Origin: an uncultured Rhabdochlamydiaceae bacterium
Lineage (GTDB): Bacteria > Chlamydiota > Chlamydiia > Chlamydiales > Rhabdochlamydiaceae
DNA: 64,000 bases
Assembly (NCBI GenBank): GCA_963712275.1
Contig: CAVQHD010000001.1
Span: forward strand, 576,001-640,000
Direction of reading: 5' to 3'
The translations under genes were made by a program, and so were the position numbers. Numbering within the stretch: position 1 is the stretch's first letter; each line of letters opens with the position of its first letter. The notes below the pieces were generated by a model that was not told the origin of the DNA, searched no databases, and worked only from the letters and a program-made list of their open reading frames with translations. This document shows positions 19,511 through 28,659 of the stretch, one piece after another.

Positions 19511-19873
19511 ATGTTTGTACTAACGATGGATTCCTTTTCAATATCGATTGCTTTCATCGCTTTTGCAAGCGCTGCCTTAGGATTCGTGTGTTATTCAATT
19601 CTAAAAAGCAAATTTCCAGGGAGCGGCTTAAAAATGGTCCAAGATATCTTTAAAGAAACAACCTCTTTTGAAGAGGCGATTAAAGTCCTGCAAGAAGGAA
19701 AGCGTATCAGAAGGAAAACAGAGAGAAAGGGATTTACTCGAATCGTCATTACTGAAGGTAAAAAGAGGGTAGAAAAATACGGCACTTATTGGGTAGGAGA
19801 TAAGGATATTTCCGATAATTGTTCATTTTCTATCGACGATGTGCTGGCTAAAGATTGGGTTATCGATGATTGA
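19511..19873 (+). CDS. Small protein with N-terminal TM helix and DUF2829/Tad2-like domain
   Basis: FEEAIKVLQEGKRIRRK...SIDDVLAKDW pattern; start at ATG 19511 or 19526. Confidence 0.6.
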   Translation: MFVLTMDSFSISIAFIAFASAALGFVCYSILKSKFPGSGLKMVQDIFKETTSFEEAIKVLQEGKRIRRKTERKGFTRIVITEGKKRVEKYGTYWVGDKDISDNCSFSIDDVLAKDWVIDD

Positions 19874-20708
19874 AGATCAAAATAGGCGGTTTTTAAGGCG
19901 GATGATTTCTCCGCCGTCCAAGCTAGAGTGGGAAAACCTCTTACGATGGAAGCAGATTGGGTGCTCCAGCAGCGGCTTTGTCTCTCGTTTTGGTGGGCTA
20001 CTGGCAAGCATAGGTCCTCTCACGACTTCATTGTCCCAAATGATCATTCATCTACTGGCAGGACTTTATAGAGGTTTATTAAAGATTCTGAATGGACAAA
20101 TTTTTGAAGTTCTTCCGGAATTAGGCGATGGGCTAGCTAAATCTGGTCGATCAATACTTCAAGTCGTTCTTATTAGTTCCACCGCCATTTTGGGCCTCTT
20201 TTTCCCCAAACTTTATGACCGGCTTCCTGTTTCTCAAACGGACCAGGAGCAAAAGCAAGCGGCTATTGATGAAATCAAAGTTCTTGAACGACTCATCACT
20301 TGCCTCAATCAAATTCAGCTGAGAGTAAGCGATTTTTCGCCAGGGACGCATATGCTCCATATGGCCTATGAAAGTACAATACAAGCTGTCGTAAAAGCGC
20401 ATATTGCAGTTCTTGAATCCATTGCACAGCTCGTGGCAAGTTTAAAAATCCAGCTGGCGGAAGCTCGGGCAAAAACTGAGAACCAAACTCGAAAGCTTGT
20501 CTTTTTGCAAGATCAAAAAGCTTTAACGGAGCAGTCGATTGCGGAGTTAAAAAAACAGCTCACCGAAATTCAACGAGAGGCACGGATCAAAGCAGAGAGT
20601 CAGTCTCAAGCATTACGCTTCCTTCAGTTTCAAAAATCCCAGTCAGATCGAATGATTGCAGAACTAAAAAAGGAACTAGCTGAGTCCCAGCGGCCATCTC
20701 CAAATTAA
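19866..20708 (+). CDS. Hypothetical protein with hydrophobic segments and a long C-terminal coiled coil (Inc-like architecture)
   Basis: Hydrophobic stretches followed by heptad-rich, internally repeated IAELKK.L.E segments. Confidence 0.65.
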   Translation: MIEDQNRRFLRRMISPPSKLEWENLLRWKQIGCSSSGFVSRFGGLLASIGPLTTSLSQMIIHLLAGLYRGLLKILNGQIFEVLPELGDGLAKSGRSILQVVLISSTAILGLFFPKLYDRLPVSQTDQEQKQAAIDEIKVLERLITCLNQIQLRVSDFSPGTHMLHMAYESTIQAVVKAHIAVLESIAQLVASLKIQLAEARAKTENQTRKLVFLQDQKALTEQSIAELKKQLTEIQREARIKAESQSQALRFLQFQKSQSDRMIAELKKELAESQRPSPN

Positions 20709-20715
20709 ACACCCT

Positions 20716-21555
20716 CTAAACAGGAATGGAGCGAAGGATTCGGTCGATCGATTGAAGCCACAGCTGGGATTGTGTTGTCAGCTGCTGCAAAATAAAATAC
20801 CATCCTGCCCAAAGAAGCGCAAGGCCTACGAGAGATTTTAGGGACATCCCTAAAAAGGCGATTTGCACTTGTTGAGCGAGGCGGTTTGCAATTCCAAGGA
20901 ACATATCGGCCATCAAGATGGCGACAAGAGATGGAGCTGCCAGCTGAATGGAAATGGCTGTGAATTTGGTGAGAAGTACGATAATGAATTTCCAAAACCC
21001 ATGGTGGATGTTAAAAAATAAGGCGGGCATGAAAACATCTGCCGGAATTGCAGTATACGAATTCATAACAGCCTGAAGAAAGATAAACAATCCTCCAATT
21101 TCATAGAAAAGAACAATAAAGACGTAATTGTAGAGCTGACCGATCGGAGAGACTTGCGTCTGTAGCAGAGGATCAAATACCTGGAGCGAGGATGAGCCTC
21201 TCTGAAAATCGATGAGAACACCTGCAGATTGTGCGATGTAAAAAGGGATATTCACTAAAAAGGCCAGAACAAAACCTATAAAAAGCTCTTTGAGGGCGTA
21301 GGCAATGAATAGGGTATTAAATGTGGGAGTTGGTATTTTTGCCTCTGAGATCACATGGGGGAGAAGGATGGTTGTGAGTGCAATAGCAAGCCCGATTTTG
21401 ACTCCGCTCGGGAGCTTGGATCCTAAAAATGGGGCCAAAGCGACAATAGGAGCAATGCGCATGAGTGTGAGAAAGAAAAGGGTTAAGGCGGAAATTGGAG
21501 TGAGATTGGGCAAGCTTAGGATGAAGCTCACGTAATCTGAGGTATCAACGGTCAT
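20716..21555 (-). CDS. sctT: T3SS export apparatus protein SctT
   Basis: RIAPIVALAPFLG, KELFIG, AQSAGVLIDFQRG, LGIANRLAQQVQI; ATG 21555 chosen as start. Confidence 0.95.
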   Translation of the reverse strand: MTVDTSDYVSFILSLPNLTPISALTLFFLTLMRIAPIVALAPFLGSKLPSGVKIGLAIALTTILLPHVISEAKIPTPTFNTLFIAYALKELFIGFVLAFLVNIPFYIAQSAGVLIDFQRGSSSLQVFDPLLQTQVSPIGQLYNYVFIVLFYEIGGLFIFLQAVMNSYTAIPADVFMPALFFNIHHGFWKFIIVLLTKFTAISIQLAAPSLVAILMADMFLGIANRLAQQVQIAFLGMSLKSLVGLALLWAGWYFILQQLTTQSQLWLQSIDRILRSIPV

Positions 21556-21566
21556 GAAAACATCTT

Positions 21567-21836
21567 CTAAGGATTCCATTTGTAAAAGTTTTGGAAGATG
21601 GTTGTCGTGAATTGAAGGATCTGGCTTCCGAGCCATCCTCCCATGAGAAGGAGGGTGAAAATAACGGCAATTAACTTGACGGTAAAGGAGAGCGTTTGCT
21701 CTTGAATTTGGGTGGCGGCTTGAAGCACTGCAACAAAAAGCCCAATAAACATGCTGACCAAAATGGGAGGTCCTGAGAGAAGCAGAATCAGAAGCAGGGC
21801 TTGGTAGGCGAGTTGATAAATTTCAGCTGAAAACAT
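21567..21836 (-). CDS. sctS: T3SS export apparatus protein SctS
   Basis: GLFVAVLQAATQIQEQTLSFTVKL. Confidence 0.97.
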   Translation of the reverse strand: MFSAEIYQLAYQALLLILLLSGPPILVSMFIGLFVAVLQAATQIQEQTLSFTVKLIAVIFTLLLMGGWLGSQILQFTTTIFQNFYKWNP

Positions 21837-21846
21837 TGCCCCTCAT

Positions 21847-22626
21847 CTACCTAAAAGTTAAAACGAGATTTTGAATTAAAAGGGTCCACCCATCAACCAT
21901 AACAAGCAGCAGCAATTTGAGCGGCAGGGCAATCGTGAGGGGTGAAAGCATCATCATCCCCATCGCAAGCAAAATATTAGAGACGACAAGATCGATGACG
22001 AAGAAGGGAAGGTAAATCACCACCCCAATTTCAAAAGCAGCTTTTAGCTGAGAAGTAATAAAGGCGGGGATCAAAACCAAGAAATCGGATTGTTTAAGGG
22101 ATGATCGATACTCTTCTGGATAGGAACGGTAGGCGAGTTGATAGAAGCTAGAGATATGTTTTCCAATGCTATTGCGTTGTAAAAAGTCGCGGAGAGGCTC
22201 TTTCCCTGCATCGAGAACATCCATTAAATAGGGGGCTGTTGCTCCTGTAAAAAGCTCTTTCGGGACGTTGGTATTAATGGCCTTTGAAGCTGCATTATAC
22301 ATGGCAAGGCCTGTGGGAAACATGACATAAATGGTCATGAGAATGGCAATTCCGTTGAGCACTTGGTTGGGAGGGGATTGTTGAACGCCAAGGGCATTTC
22401 TTAAAAGAGAGAGGACGACGACAATTTTCACGTACGAGGTGAGAAGCATGATTGCGTAAGGTAAAAGCGAAAGGCCAGTTAGAATAGCCAGCTCTGAGAT
22501 GAGTTGGGGCGGCTTTCCATATTCGCCCTGTTCTATTTCTGTGGGAATTTGAGCGGGCTCCTGAGCAAAAACAGAGAGGGAGGAGGCAATGATAACGGAG
22601 AATAAAAACCACTTAATCCATTTCAT
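21847..22626 (-). CDS. sctR: T3SS export apparatus protein SctR
   Basis: LRNALGVQQSPPNQVL, YLPFFVIDLVVSNILLAMGMMMLSP, DGW. Confidence 0.97.
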   Translation of the reverse strand: MKWIKWFLFSVIIASSLSVFAQEPAQIPTEIEQGEYGKPPQLISELAILTGLSLLPYAIMLLTSYVKIVVVLSLLRNALGVQQSPPNQVLNGIAILMTIYVMFPTGLAMYNAASKAINTNVPKELFTGATAPYLMDVLDAGKEPLRDFLQRNSIGKHISSFYQLAYRSYPEEYRSSLKQSDFLVLIPAFITSQLKAAFEIGVVIYLPFFVIDLVVSNILLAMGMMMLSPLTIALPLKLLLLVMVDGWTLLIQNLVLTFR

Positions 22627-22635
22627 AAGTTTTTC

Positions 22636-23262
22636 TTAAGGTTTCGAGTAACGGTCGAAGGCTGACTCAACAGCTCTCCACTGATTTTCGATGGTTGCAT
22701 TGATAAGTCCTGATTTAGCTTTGATCATACACCCTCCTGGAGAAATATCGTCACGAATTTCGATATTCAAAGTTTCGAGCTGATCAAGTTTTTCTTTGAG
22801 GCGTGGCTTTTCCGCTTCTAAAAGGTCTTTATCTGCCTTGCTGACGTAAATGATGATATTCCGGTCGTGCATTACAGGTGCAAGCGCTTGCAAGACGATA
22901 TTGACAATTGTTTCAGGGTGGGTTTGAAGCTCTCCTGCAACAATTTTTTTTGCAGCTTTTAAAGCAAGGGGCAAGATAAGTTGGTTCATTTCATGCCGAA
23001 GCCGTTTTATTTCCTGTTTAAGGGCTAGGATATGTTCGTTGAATTGCGTAAGCCCTTCTTGATATCCATCTTCATAACCTTTTTTCTTGAGATCTTCTGC
23101 CTCTTTTTCGGTCCGCTCTTGAAAAGCAATCGCCTCAGCTTGAGTTTTTTCAAGAAGCTCACTTGCGCTTAGGAGCGTACTAAAATCTTCTGCTTGGATC
23201 ACTTTTTTTGCGGAAGCAGGATGCACCTCTGTTTGATTAATCAAAGTCAATAATCTACTCAT
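22636..23262 (-). CDS. sctL: T3SS stator protein SctL (FliH family)
   Basis: KKGYEDGYQEG repeat, GGCMIKAKSGLINATIE; operon position. Confidence 0.9.
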   Translation of the reverse strand: MSRLLTLINQTEVHPASAKKVIQAEDFSTLLSASELLEKTQAEAIAFQERTEKEAEDLKKKGYEDGYQEGLTQFNEHILALKQEIKRLRHEMNQLILPLALKAAKKIVAGELQTHPETIVNIVLQALAPVMHDRNIIIYVSKADKDLLEAEKPRLKEKLDQLETLNIEIRDDISPGGCMIKAKSGLINATIENQWRAVESAFDRYSKP

Positions 23263-24124
23263 ATGCGGACCCTTTGATATAATTGATTAACTCAACAACT
23301 TGCTCAGTTAAGAGATGAGATGCACGAGGATTATCGATAGGCGTTGATAATTTACGGATTAAAAGTGCCTTTTCCACGTCAAATCGATGGAGAACATACC
23401 AAGAAAAGCTTGGATTTTGTCCGTAGAGAGCTTTCGCAAGGCGATTAGCTCCACGCTGCTCAATGAGAAGTTTCAGTTTTTCTTGGTCGCCATTCCAATT
23501 GAGGAGCCCCATGGAACTAAAGGCAACCGGTTCGTAGCTTTGCAATAAGATTTTTAAATATTGGTGTTGAATTTCTGTGAGGGTCTCATAGATTTTCGAT
23601 AGTTTTTGCCGATCGATAATTTGTTTAACCTCCAAAGAAAGATCATGAAGTCCAAGTAGATTGAGAAAGAGAGGGATTGTTCCGATGGGCAGCTCAATCA
23701 AATCGCTTAAGGGAGACTTTGGTAAGCAGGCAATCGGAAGAAGCTCATCCATTTCTGCAGTTAAGTAATGGGCTAGAGTGATTTGCAAAAATGTTTTTCC
23801 TAAATCTGAGATAGAAGGGAGTTTGCTTGTATAGAGAAGATCTCTTCCTACAGAAGCAGATTTTTCTGGACTTAAGGAAGCAAGAAACAATCCGATTTCC
23901 CTTTCAGATAAGGTTCTAAGAAAGGGGGAAATCCAGGAGGTGTGAATCCAGTCAAGCAGTTTTTCAGGAGTTTCTTCAGATTGCAAAGGATCCCCTAAAG
24001 GAGCCGGAAATGTTGCCATAGCTTGCTGCTGGTCCTGCGCTAAATATTGCATCAATTCTTCACGTTCTTTGGGCTGACACCGCTTTAAAAAAGCTTGGAG
24101 AATGATGCGTGTTGAAAGAGTCAT
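23255..24124 (-). CDS. Conserved chlamydial T3SS operon protein between sctJ and sctL (SctK-like)
   Basis: Position in the sctJ-x-sctL-R-S-T operon; IHTSW and LGLHDL motifs. Confidence 0.7.
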   Translation of the reverse strand: MTLSTRIILQAFLKRCQPKEREELMQYLAQDQQQAMATFPAPLGDPLQSEETPEKLLDWIHTSWISPFLRTLSEREIGLFLASLSPEKSASVGRDLLYTSKLPSISDLGKTFLQITLAHYLTAEMDELLPIACLPKSPLSDLIELPIGTIPLFLNLLGLHDLSLEVKQIIDRQKLSKIYETLTEIQHQYLKILLQSYEPVAFSSMGLLNWNGDQEKLKLLIEQRGANRLAKALYGQNPSFSWYVLHRFDVEKALLIRKLSTPIDNPRASHLLTEQVVELINYIKGSAYE

Positions 24125-25017
24125 TCTTGATTCGTTATTTCATCAGGGGCTTTTAAAGGCGTTGGCTGAAAGAGTTGACGCAGTCCTCCTTGACTTTGAA
24201 GAATGGGATAGATTTTCCAAATCATCCAAGCTGCGATGAGAAGAAGAATGATATTTGTCGTGATCAAAGAAATAAATAAAAGTCGAAATCGCATGACCGA
24301 ATGCTCGCTGAGGACAATTGACCAGATCGTCGTATAATCGCGCTGCTGGAAGGAGGATGCTTCTAGAGAATCTCCTAGGGTGATATCTGTAAATCGCGAC
24401 CGGTCGGAAATCACCGTGACATCATTGATGTCGAGGCCATTGACGCTTCCTGCCACAAGTCGTTTGATTTTTGAGACTAAGTGGCTGTTAGGGTCGTCGA
24501 CAATTCCTTGATGCTTCACATAAACGGCTGCTGTCACGCGGAGAGGCATGCCTTGAGTTGCGGGGGTGATGGCTGTTGCTTCAGGAGGGAAAGAGAGCTG
24601 AACATCGGCGTCAATCACACCATCAATTTTTCGAATCGTATTGGCGATCTGTTGTTCAAGGCCTGCTTGATATCGAATGGTCTCCTCTTTTTCACTTGTC
24701 ATCAGCCCTTGTTTAGCGAACAGCTCCAGCAGGTTCGTTCCTCTAATTCGAGGAAGGCCGTTTTGGTTTAGAATAGCCATGGCGTCTGTCATTGATTTTT
24801 CAGGCACTGAAAGATTCCACATGGAAGGACCTGTATCGCCGCCGACGCCTCCTGTTGCTTTTGTCGCGATTTTTTCTGCAACGATTCCACGGCTTGCGAG
24901 AAAGACGACGATTTCATTGGCTTCTCTTTCCTCAACTCCGTTGACAATCACCCGTTGAGTTTCGCAGCTAGTAAGAAGGAGAAGAACGGGAAGCATCCAT
25001 AGAAGAGCTTTGCGCAT
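24121..25017 (-). CDS. sctJ: T3SS inner-membrane ring lipoprotein SctJ
   Basis: Lipobox LTSC, EREANEIVVFL, GLPR, IDGVIDADV, IKRLVAGSVNGL, C-terminal TM helix. Confidence 0.96.
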   Translation of the reverse strand: MRKALLWMLPVLLLLTSCETQRVIVNGVEEREANEIVVFLASRGIVAEKIATKATGGVGGDTGPSMWNLSVPEKSMTDAMAILNQNGLPRIRGTNLLELFAKQGLMTSEKEETIRYQAGLEQQIANTIRKIDGVIDADVQLSFPPEATAITPATQGMPLRVTAAVYVKHQGIVDDPNSHLVSKIKRLVAGSVNGLDINDVTVISDRSRFTDITLGDSLEASSFQQRDYTTIWSIVLSEHSVMRFRLLFISLITTNIILLLIAAWMIWKIYPILQSQGGLRQLFQPTPLKAPDEITNQE

Positions 25018-25148
25018 ATATAACCTTTTTTATGTCATTAGAGAAGGCTTTAGCAAAAAATAGAAGAGAAATTCCTAAAGATCTAATGACTCCTGTATCT
25101 GATTTAACATGAAATCTGTTTTTTTCGCTATGAAGATTTCGTTTGATG

Positions 25149-25368
25149 GCAGAGCATAGAAAACTAGAATAGATATTTGAAACTTTTGTCGACTCAGACT
25201 TGTTTCCATTTCTTCACCACGGAGACACAGAGAAAGATGAGATTGCACAGAGTGAAAATTTTCACTCTGTGCAATCTCATCCCTCTCCGTGTCTCCGTGG
25301 TGAAGAAATGGAAACAAGTCTGAGTCGACAAAAGTTTCAAATATCTATTCTAGTTTTCTATGCTCTGC
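25149..25368. repeat. 220-bp loopless near-perfect palindrome
   Basis: Two 110-bp arms centred on AAAA|TTTT at 25258/25259, with three mismatches. Confidence 0.95.
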
Positions 25369-26321
25369 GTTCGGTATAGCCAATTGGGGCCTGGGCCGAA
25401 GGTCCCCGATGAGTAATCTTGTATCGCTTGGAGAATTGCGCGGTATTGGTGAATTTTATCTTCTTTTTCAGAAGAGATGTATTTTCCAAAAACCCGATAA
25501 AGTGCTAATTGCCCTCGCTTGATCCAAAATAATTTTTTGTAATGCCAAAGCTCCGGTTTGATCCACTCACGAAAGAGTCGTTCTCTTTCTTGAGGAGAAC
25601 AGTTTCGCTGGATCCAGAGGAGTCTGCTGCGCCACCAAAAATATTTTTTATGAGGGCTGCCTCCAATAAAAGAAGCGGAGACTTTATGGAGCAGCACAGC
25701 TTCATAACAAATGCCGATGCTAAACCCTGCTTTTTTTGCACGCATGGCGAAGTCAGCCTCTTCCCAAAATAGAAAAAATTGAGGTTCTAAAAAGCCGATT
25801 TTTTCAAACACTTCTCGTCGAATCAGGATTGAACAGCCGCAAACGTAGTCTAAAGTGGATTCTGTTTTGAACCCGCGAGGCGCCTTAATGCCGACAAGGT
25901 CAAAATCTCCCTTTGCACTATTCCAGAGGCCTCCTAGATGGTCGAGTATTTCCGGATTGGAAAACCGGAGAGGATATCCTCCCCAGATTCCGACTTCGGG
26001 CTTTGCGCCTGCGCTATGAACAAGTGCTTGGATAAAACCGGGTTGGATAATAGTGTCGTTGTTGAGCAAGAGAACAGCTTGGGCTCCTTGCTTGAGGGCT
26101 TCTTGAATTCCGACATTGTTTCCTCCGGCATAACCTAAATTGACGCCTGTCTCTAGCACTTGAATCTCTGGAAATTGGCGGCGGATTTCTTCAGCAGAGT
26201 GATCGTGAGAGCCGTTGTCGACAACAATGATTCTCAGTGAGCCGCAGGGTTGAAGAGATCGAAGACAAGCTATCGTATCATCTTTTCCATTCCAGTTTAA
26301 AATTACGACATGGATGTTCAC
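25350..26321 (-). CDS. Glycosyltransferase family 2
   Basis: VVILNWNG, VVDNGSHD, NLGYAGGNNVG, LLLNND, FFLFWEEADF. Confidence 0.92.
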   Translation of the reverse strand: MNIHVVILNWNGKDDTIACLRSLQPCGSLRIIVVDNGSHDHSAEEIRRQFPEIQVLETGVNLGYAGGNNVGIQEALKQGAQAVLLLNNDTIIQPGFIQALVHSAGAKPEVGIWGGYPLRFSNPEILDHLGGLWNSAKGDFDLVGIKAPRGFKTESTLDYVCGCSILIRREVFEKIGFLEPQFFLFWEEADFAMRAKKAGFSIGICYEAVLLHKVSASFIGGSPHKKYFWWRSRLLWIQRNCSPQERERLFREWIKPELWHYKKLFWIKRGQLALYRVFGKYISSEKEDKIHQYRAILQAIQDYSSGTFGPGPNWLYRTQSIEN

Positions 26322-27370
26322 ACGGACACCTGAAGTCTGTTTAGAGCAGCGGAGATCACAGCCTCAGGGGTGATTTGCCGTAAGCAAAAGGGATCGCGGC
26401 ATTTTTTCTTTAGGCAAGGAGAGCAGGTTGGCAAAGCGTGCAGTACTTGTGCAGATGAAATCTGATAAGGACCGCAAGTAGCTGGGTTTGTAGGGGTAAA
26501 AAGTGAGAGGGTCGGGGTTTTCATCGCTAGGGCAAGATGAAGAGGTCCTGTATCATTGGTGATGAAAAGAGACAGCTTTTCTAAAATAGCAGCTAGGATA
26601 TGGAGCGGCTGAAGGATCGGTTTGGCCCCTTCGATTTGCCGGCACAGAGTTTGAGCAAGTTTTTGTTCCGATGCCGTTCCAGTAATCACAATGGAACATC
26701 CAAGCTCTTCTCGGAGCTTCTGCCCAACTTTAACAAAATATTCAAGGGGCCACTGTTTGAATTGATCTTTGGCTCCAGGGTGCAGGCCGATGACAAACCC
26801 TTCGGGAACGATCTGCTGAGCTATGGACCGATCGAGATCTTCAATGAAAAATTCCATTTCAGCGGAAGTCGGATGAGCTCCGACTTCACGGACTATATCG
26901 AGTCTCCGTTCAATTTCGTGGCCTGATTCCCAAGGTAGAGATTGTGTAAGGAGATCATCCAATCCTTTTTGAAGGCCTGTTGTTCCTATGCGTCTCGAAG
27001 CTCCGATGCAAGTGCAAAGAGGAAGGACGATTCGTTGTGATGTATGAAATAGAAGAACATTTCCAATGTTTCGTTTTTTGAGTTGAAAGTAGAGCTTTGA
27101 AAAGGAAGCCGAGCAGGGCTTTGTCAGGATAAATCGTTCGTTTAAATGGGGGTTATTTTTTAGAACAGCAGCGCCAAGCGGAGTTGTTAAGCACCCGATA
27201 TAGGCCTCAGGATACGCCTCTCGAAGCGCACGGAGGGCAGGTGTTGCCCAGAGCGTATCTCCAAGGCCCGTTGTGGAGACAATGAGAAAGTGATCTTTTT
27301 CTCCTTCGGATTGAAAAAGGCTTAGGGTACGTACAATTTTCTTGATAAGGGCATTTTTCCAATGAGACAT
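26318..27370 (-). CDS. Glycosyltransferase family 9 (LPS heptosyltransferase-like)
   Basis: GLGDTLWATP, LHPGA...KQWP, ITNDTGPLHLA. Confidence 0.92.
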   Translation of the reverse strand: MSHWKNALIKKIVRTLSLFQSEGEKDHFLIVSTTGLGDTLWATPALRALREAYPEAYIGCLTTPLGAAVLKNNPHLNERFILTKPCSASFSKLYFQLKKRNIGNVLLFHTSQRIVLPLCTCIGASRRIGTTGLQKGLDDLLTQSLPWESGHEIERRLDIVREVGAHPTSAEMEFFIEDLDRSIAQQIVPEGFVIGLHPGAKDQFKQWPLEYFVKVGQKLREELGCSIVITGTASEQKLAQTLCRQIEGAKPILQPLHILAAILEKLSLFITNDTGPLHLALAMKTPTLSLFTPTNPATCGPYQISSAQVLHALPTCSPCLKKKCRDPFCLRQITPEAVISAALNRLQVSV

Positions 27371-27538
27371 GAGTCGAATTTATACCAAAATTGCATTAAA
27401 AAATCGATCAAAATTTTATTGTTAAACACCCTCTAAAGTATACTGCGCCCACCCCAAAAGTGTGAATTTGGGCTGCGCGCAGTATAGCTTTTTCGCTCTT
27501 ATTAAAGTATAATTTCGAAGGAAAGACGGAGAATTTAA

Positions 27539-27958
27539 ATGTCACAATCTGAAAAAAATGCTCAGAATCTTTATGAACAAGCTTGCCGATATCTCCAAGG
27601 AAATGAGACTTCTTGCTCCTATGAAAAAGGGATTTTTTATTTGAAAGAGGCTGCCGATTTAGGCCATGCAAAAGCTCAGTACAACTTAGGTATTTATTTA
27701 CAACAGGGCCTGGGAATAGCTCAATCCAATGAAGAAGCCTATCGCTACTTTGAATTAGCCGCTAAACAAGGACATCCCCGCGCCTATTATATGCTTGGTT
27801 GTTATTTTGCTTTTGGGTTCCTATTCCCCCCTTCTGAAGATCAGGCGCTTCACTATTTTCGATTGGCTGCCGAAGCAGGAATTGCGGATGCACAATACAA
27901 TTTAGGGGTTCTTTTATCCGTTGACGGAAGAAAACCAAGTGCTTTAGCGCTTGGATGA
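27539..27958 (+). CDS. Sel1-like repeat protein; last 13 aa contributed by an inserted element
   Basis: AADLGHAKAQYNLG, AAKQGHPRAYYMLG, AAEAGIADAQYNLG repeats. Confidence 0.88.
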   Translation: MSQSEKNAQNLYEQACRYLQGNETSCSYEKGIFYLKEAADLGHAKAQYNLGIYLQQGLGIAQSNEEAYRYFELAAKQGHPRAYYMLGCYFAFGFLFPPSEDQALHYFRLAAEAGIADAQYNLGVLLSVDGRKPSALALG

Positions 27959-28094
27959 ATTCCGCTACTTTGTTAAACTATCCTTGTCTTAACAGACTAG
28001 CCGCTGGAATGGCGGGTAAAAGCCTGTTGGAGCTGCCCTTAAGTTGGGAGCTATGAATCAGGAATCTCGTGCCCTTTAGGGCCGAGAGGTTCAA
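27918..28094 (+). mobile_element. Non-autonomous IS200/IS605-type miniature element, copy 1
   Basis: Follows TTTAT; left-end hairpin CCAAGTGCTTTAGCGCTTGG; right-end hairpin then TTCAA; no TIR or TSD; near-identical inverted copy at 32797-32974. Confidence 0.8.
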
Positions 28095-28101
28095 AAGAGG
28101 A

Positions 28102-28659
28102 ATGGCAAATATGGCAGGTGCTATAGATACTATAAGTAAAACTCAACAATTTTTTAAGAATCTAGTTCCCGAATGGTTGTATTCTAAAACTGCAGTAGGG
28201 AAAGCAGTGAAGGTTGCTTTACTTGCTTTTGCTTCCGTTGTGGCGTTAGGATGGATTGTAAAAAGTTTGCGAGGCCGTGCTACAAAATTTGAGAAAAAAA
28301 CTGCGCCAGAGCAAACTCAATCCCCAATCAGTGAGACAAAACCACCCTCAGGATTAGGAAAAAAGCCAGACCCTAAGCCTCACGACAGTAAATCTACGAC
28401 AGTTCCATTACCCCCTACACCCAGCAGCATACCACCTTCTCCTCAAAAAATTATAGCACAAAAAGATGTGGGCTATGGCAATACTCTTTATGTCAATGGA
28501 AGTCCTATGAAAAATAATGGCATCCCTACTAGATGGGAAATTGATGGAATATCATCAAAGGAATTGGTATTTTCCATTAAACATCCTGATAACTCTGTTA
28601 GAGAGCTTGGTGAGAGTGAGGTGCCATTCACCGTGGAAGATGCCAAGACGCCATTATAG
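28102..28659 (+). CDS. Hypothetical protein: TM helix, Pro/Ser/Lys-rich linker, small C-terminal domain (DVGYGNTLYVNG)
   Basis: ORF with GAGG ribosome-binding site upstream of ATG 28102/28111. Confidence 0.7.
   Translation: MANMAGAIDTISKTQQFFKNLVPEWLYSKTAVGKAVKVALLAFASVVALGWIVKSLRGRATKFEKKTAPEQTQSPISETKPPSGLGKKPDPKPHDSKSTTVPLPPTPSSIPPSPQKIIAQKDVGYGNTLYVNGSPMKNNGIPTRWEIDGISSKELVFSIKHPDNSVRELGESEVPFTVEDAKTPL

Noticed and set aside
25075..25317. 80-aa ORF across the long palindrome
   Set aside because: By-product of the palindrome; no recognisable protein features
27420..27440. TGTTAAACACCCTCTAAAG as another family-B MITE end
   Set aside because: Similarity to the 43.25-kb end is short and no partner arm is visible
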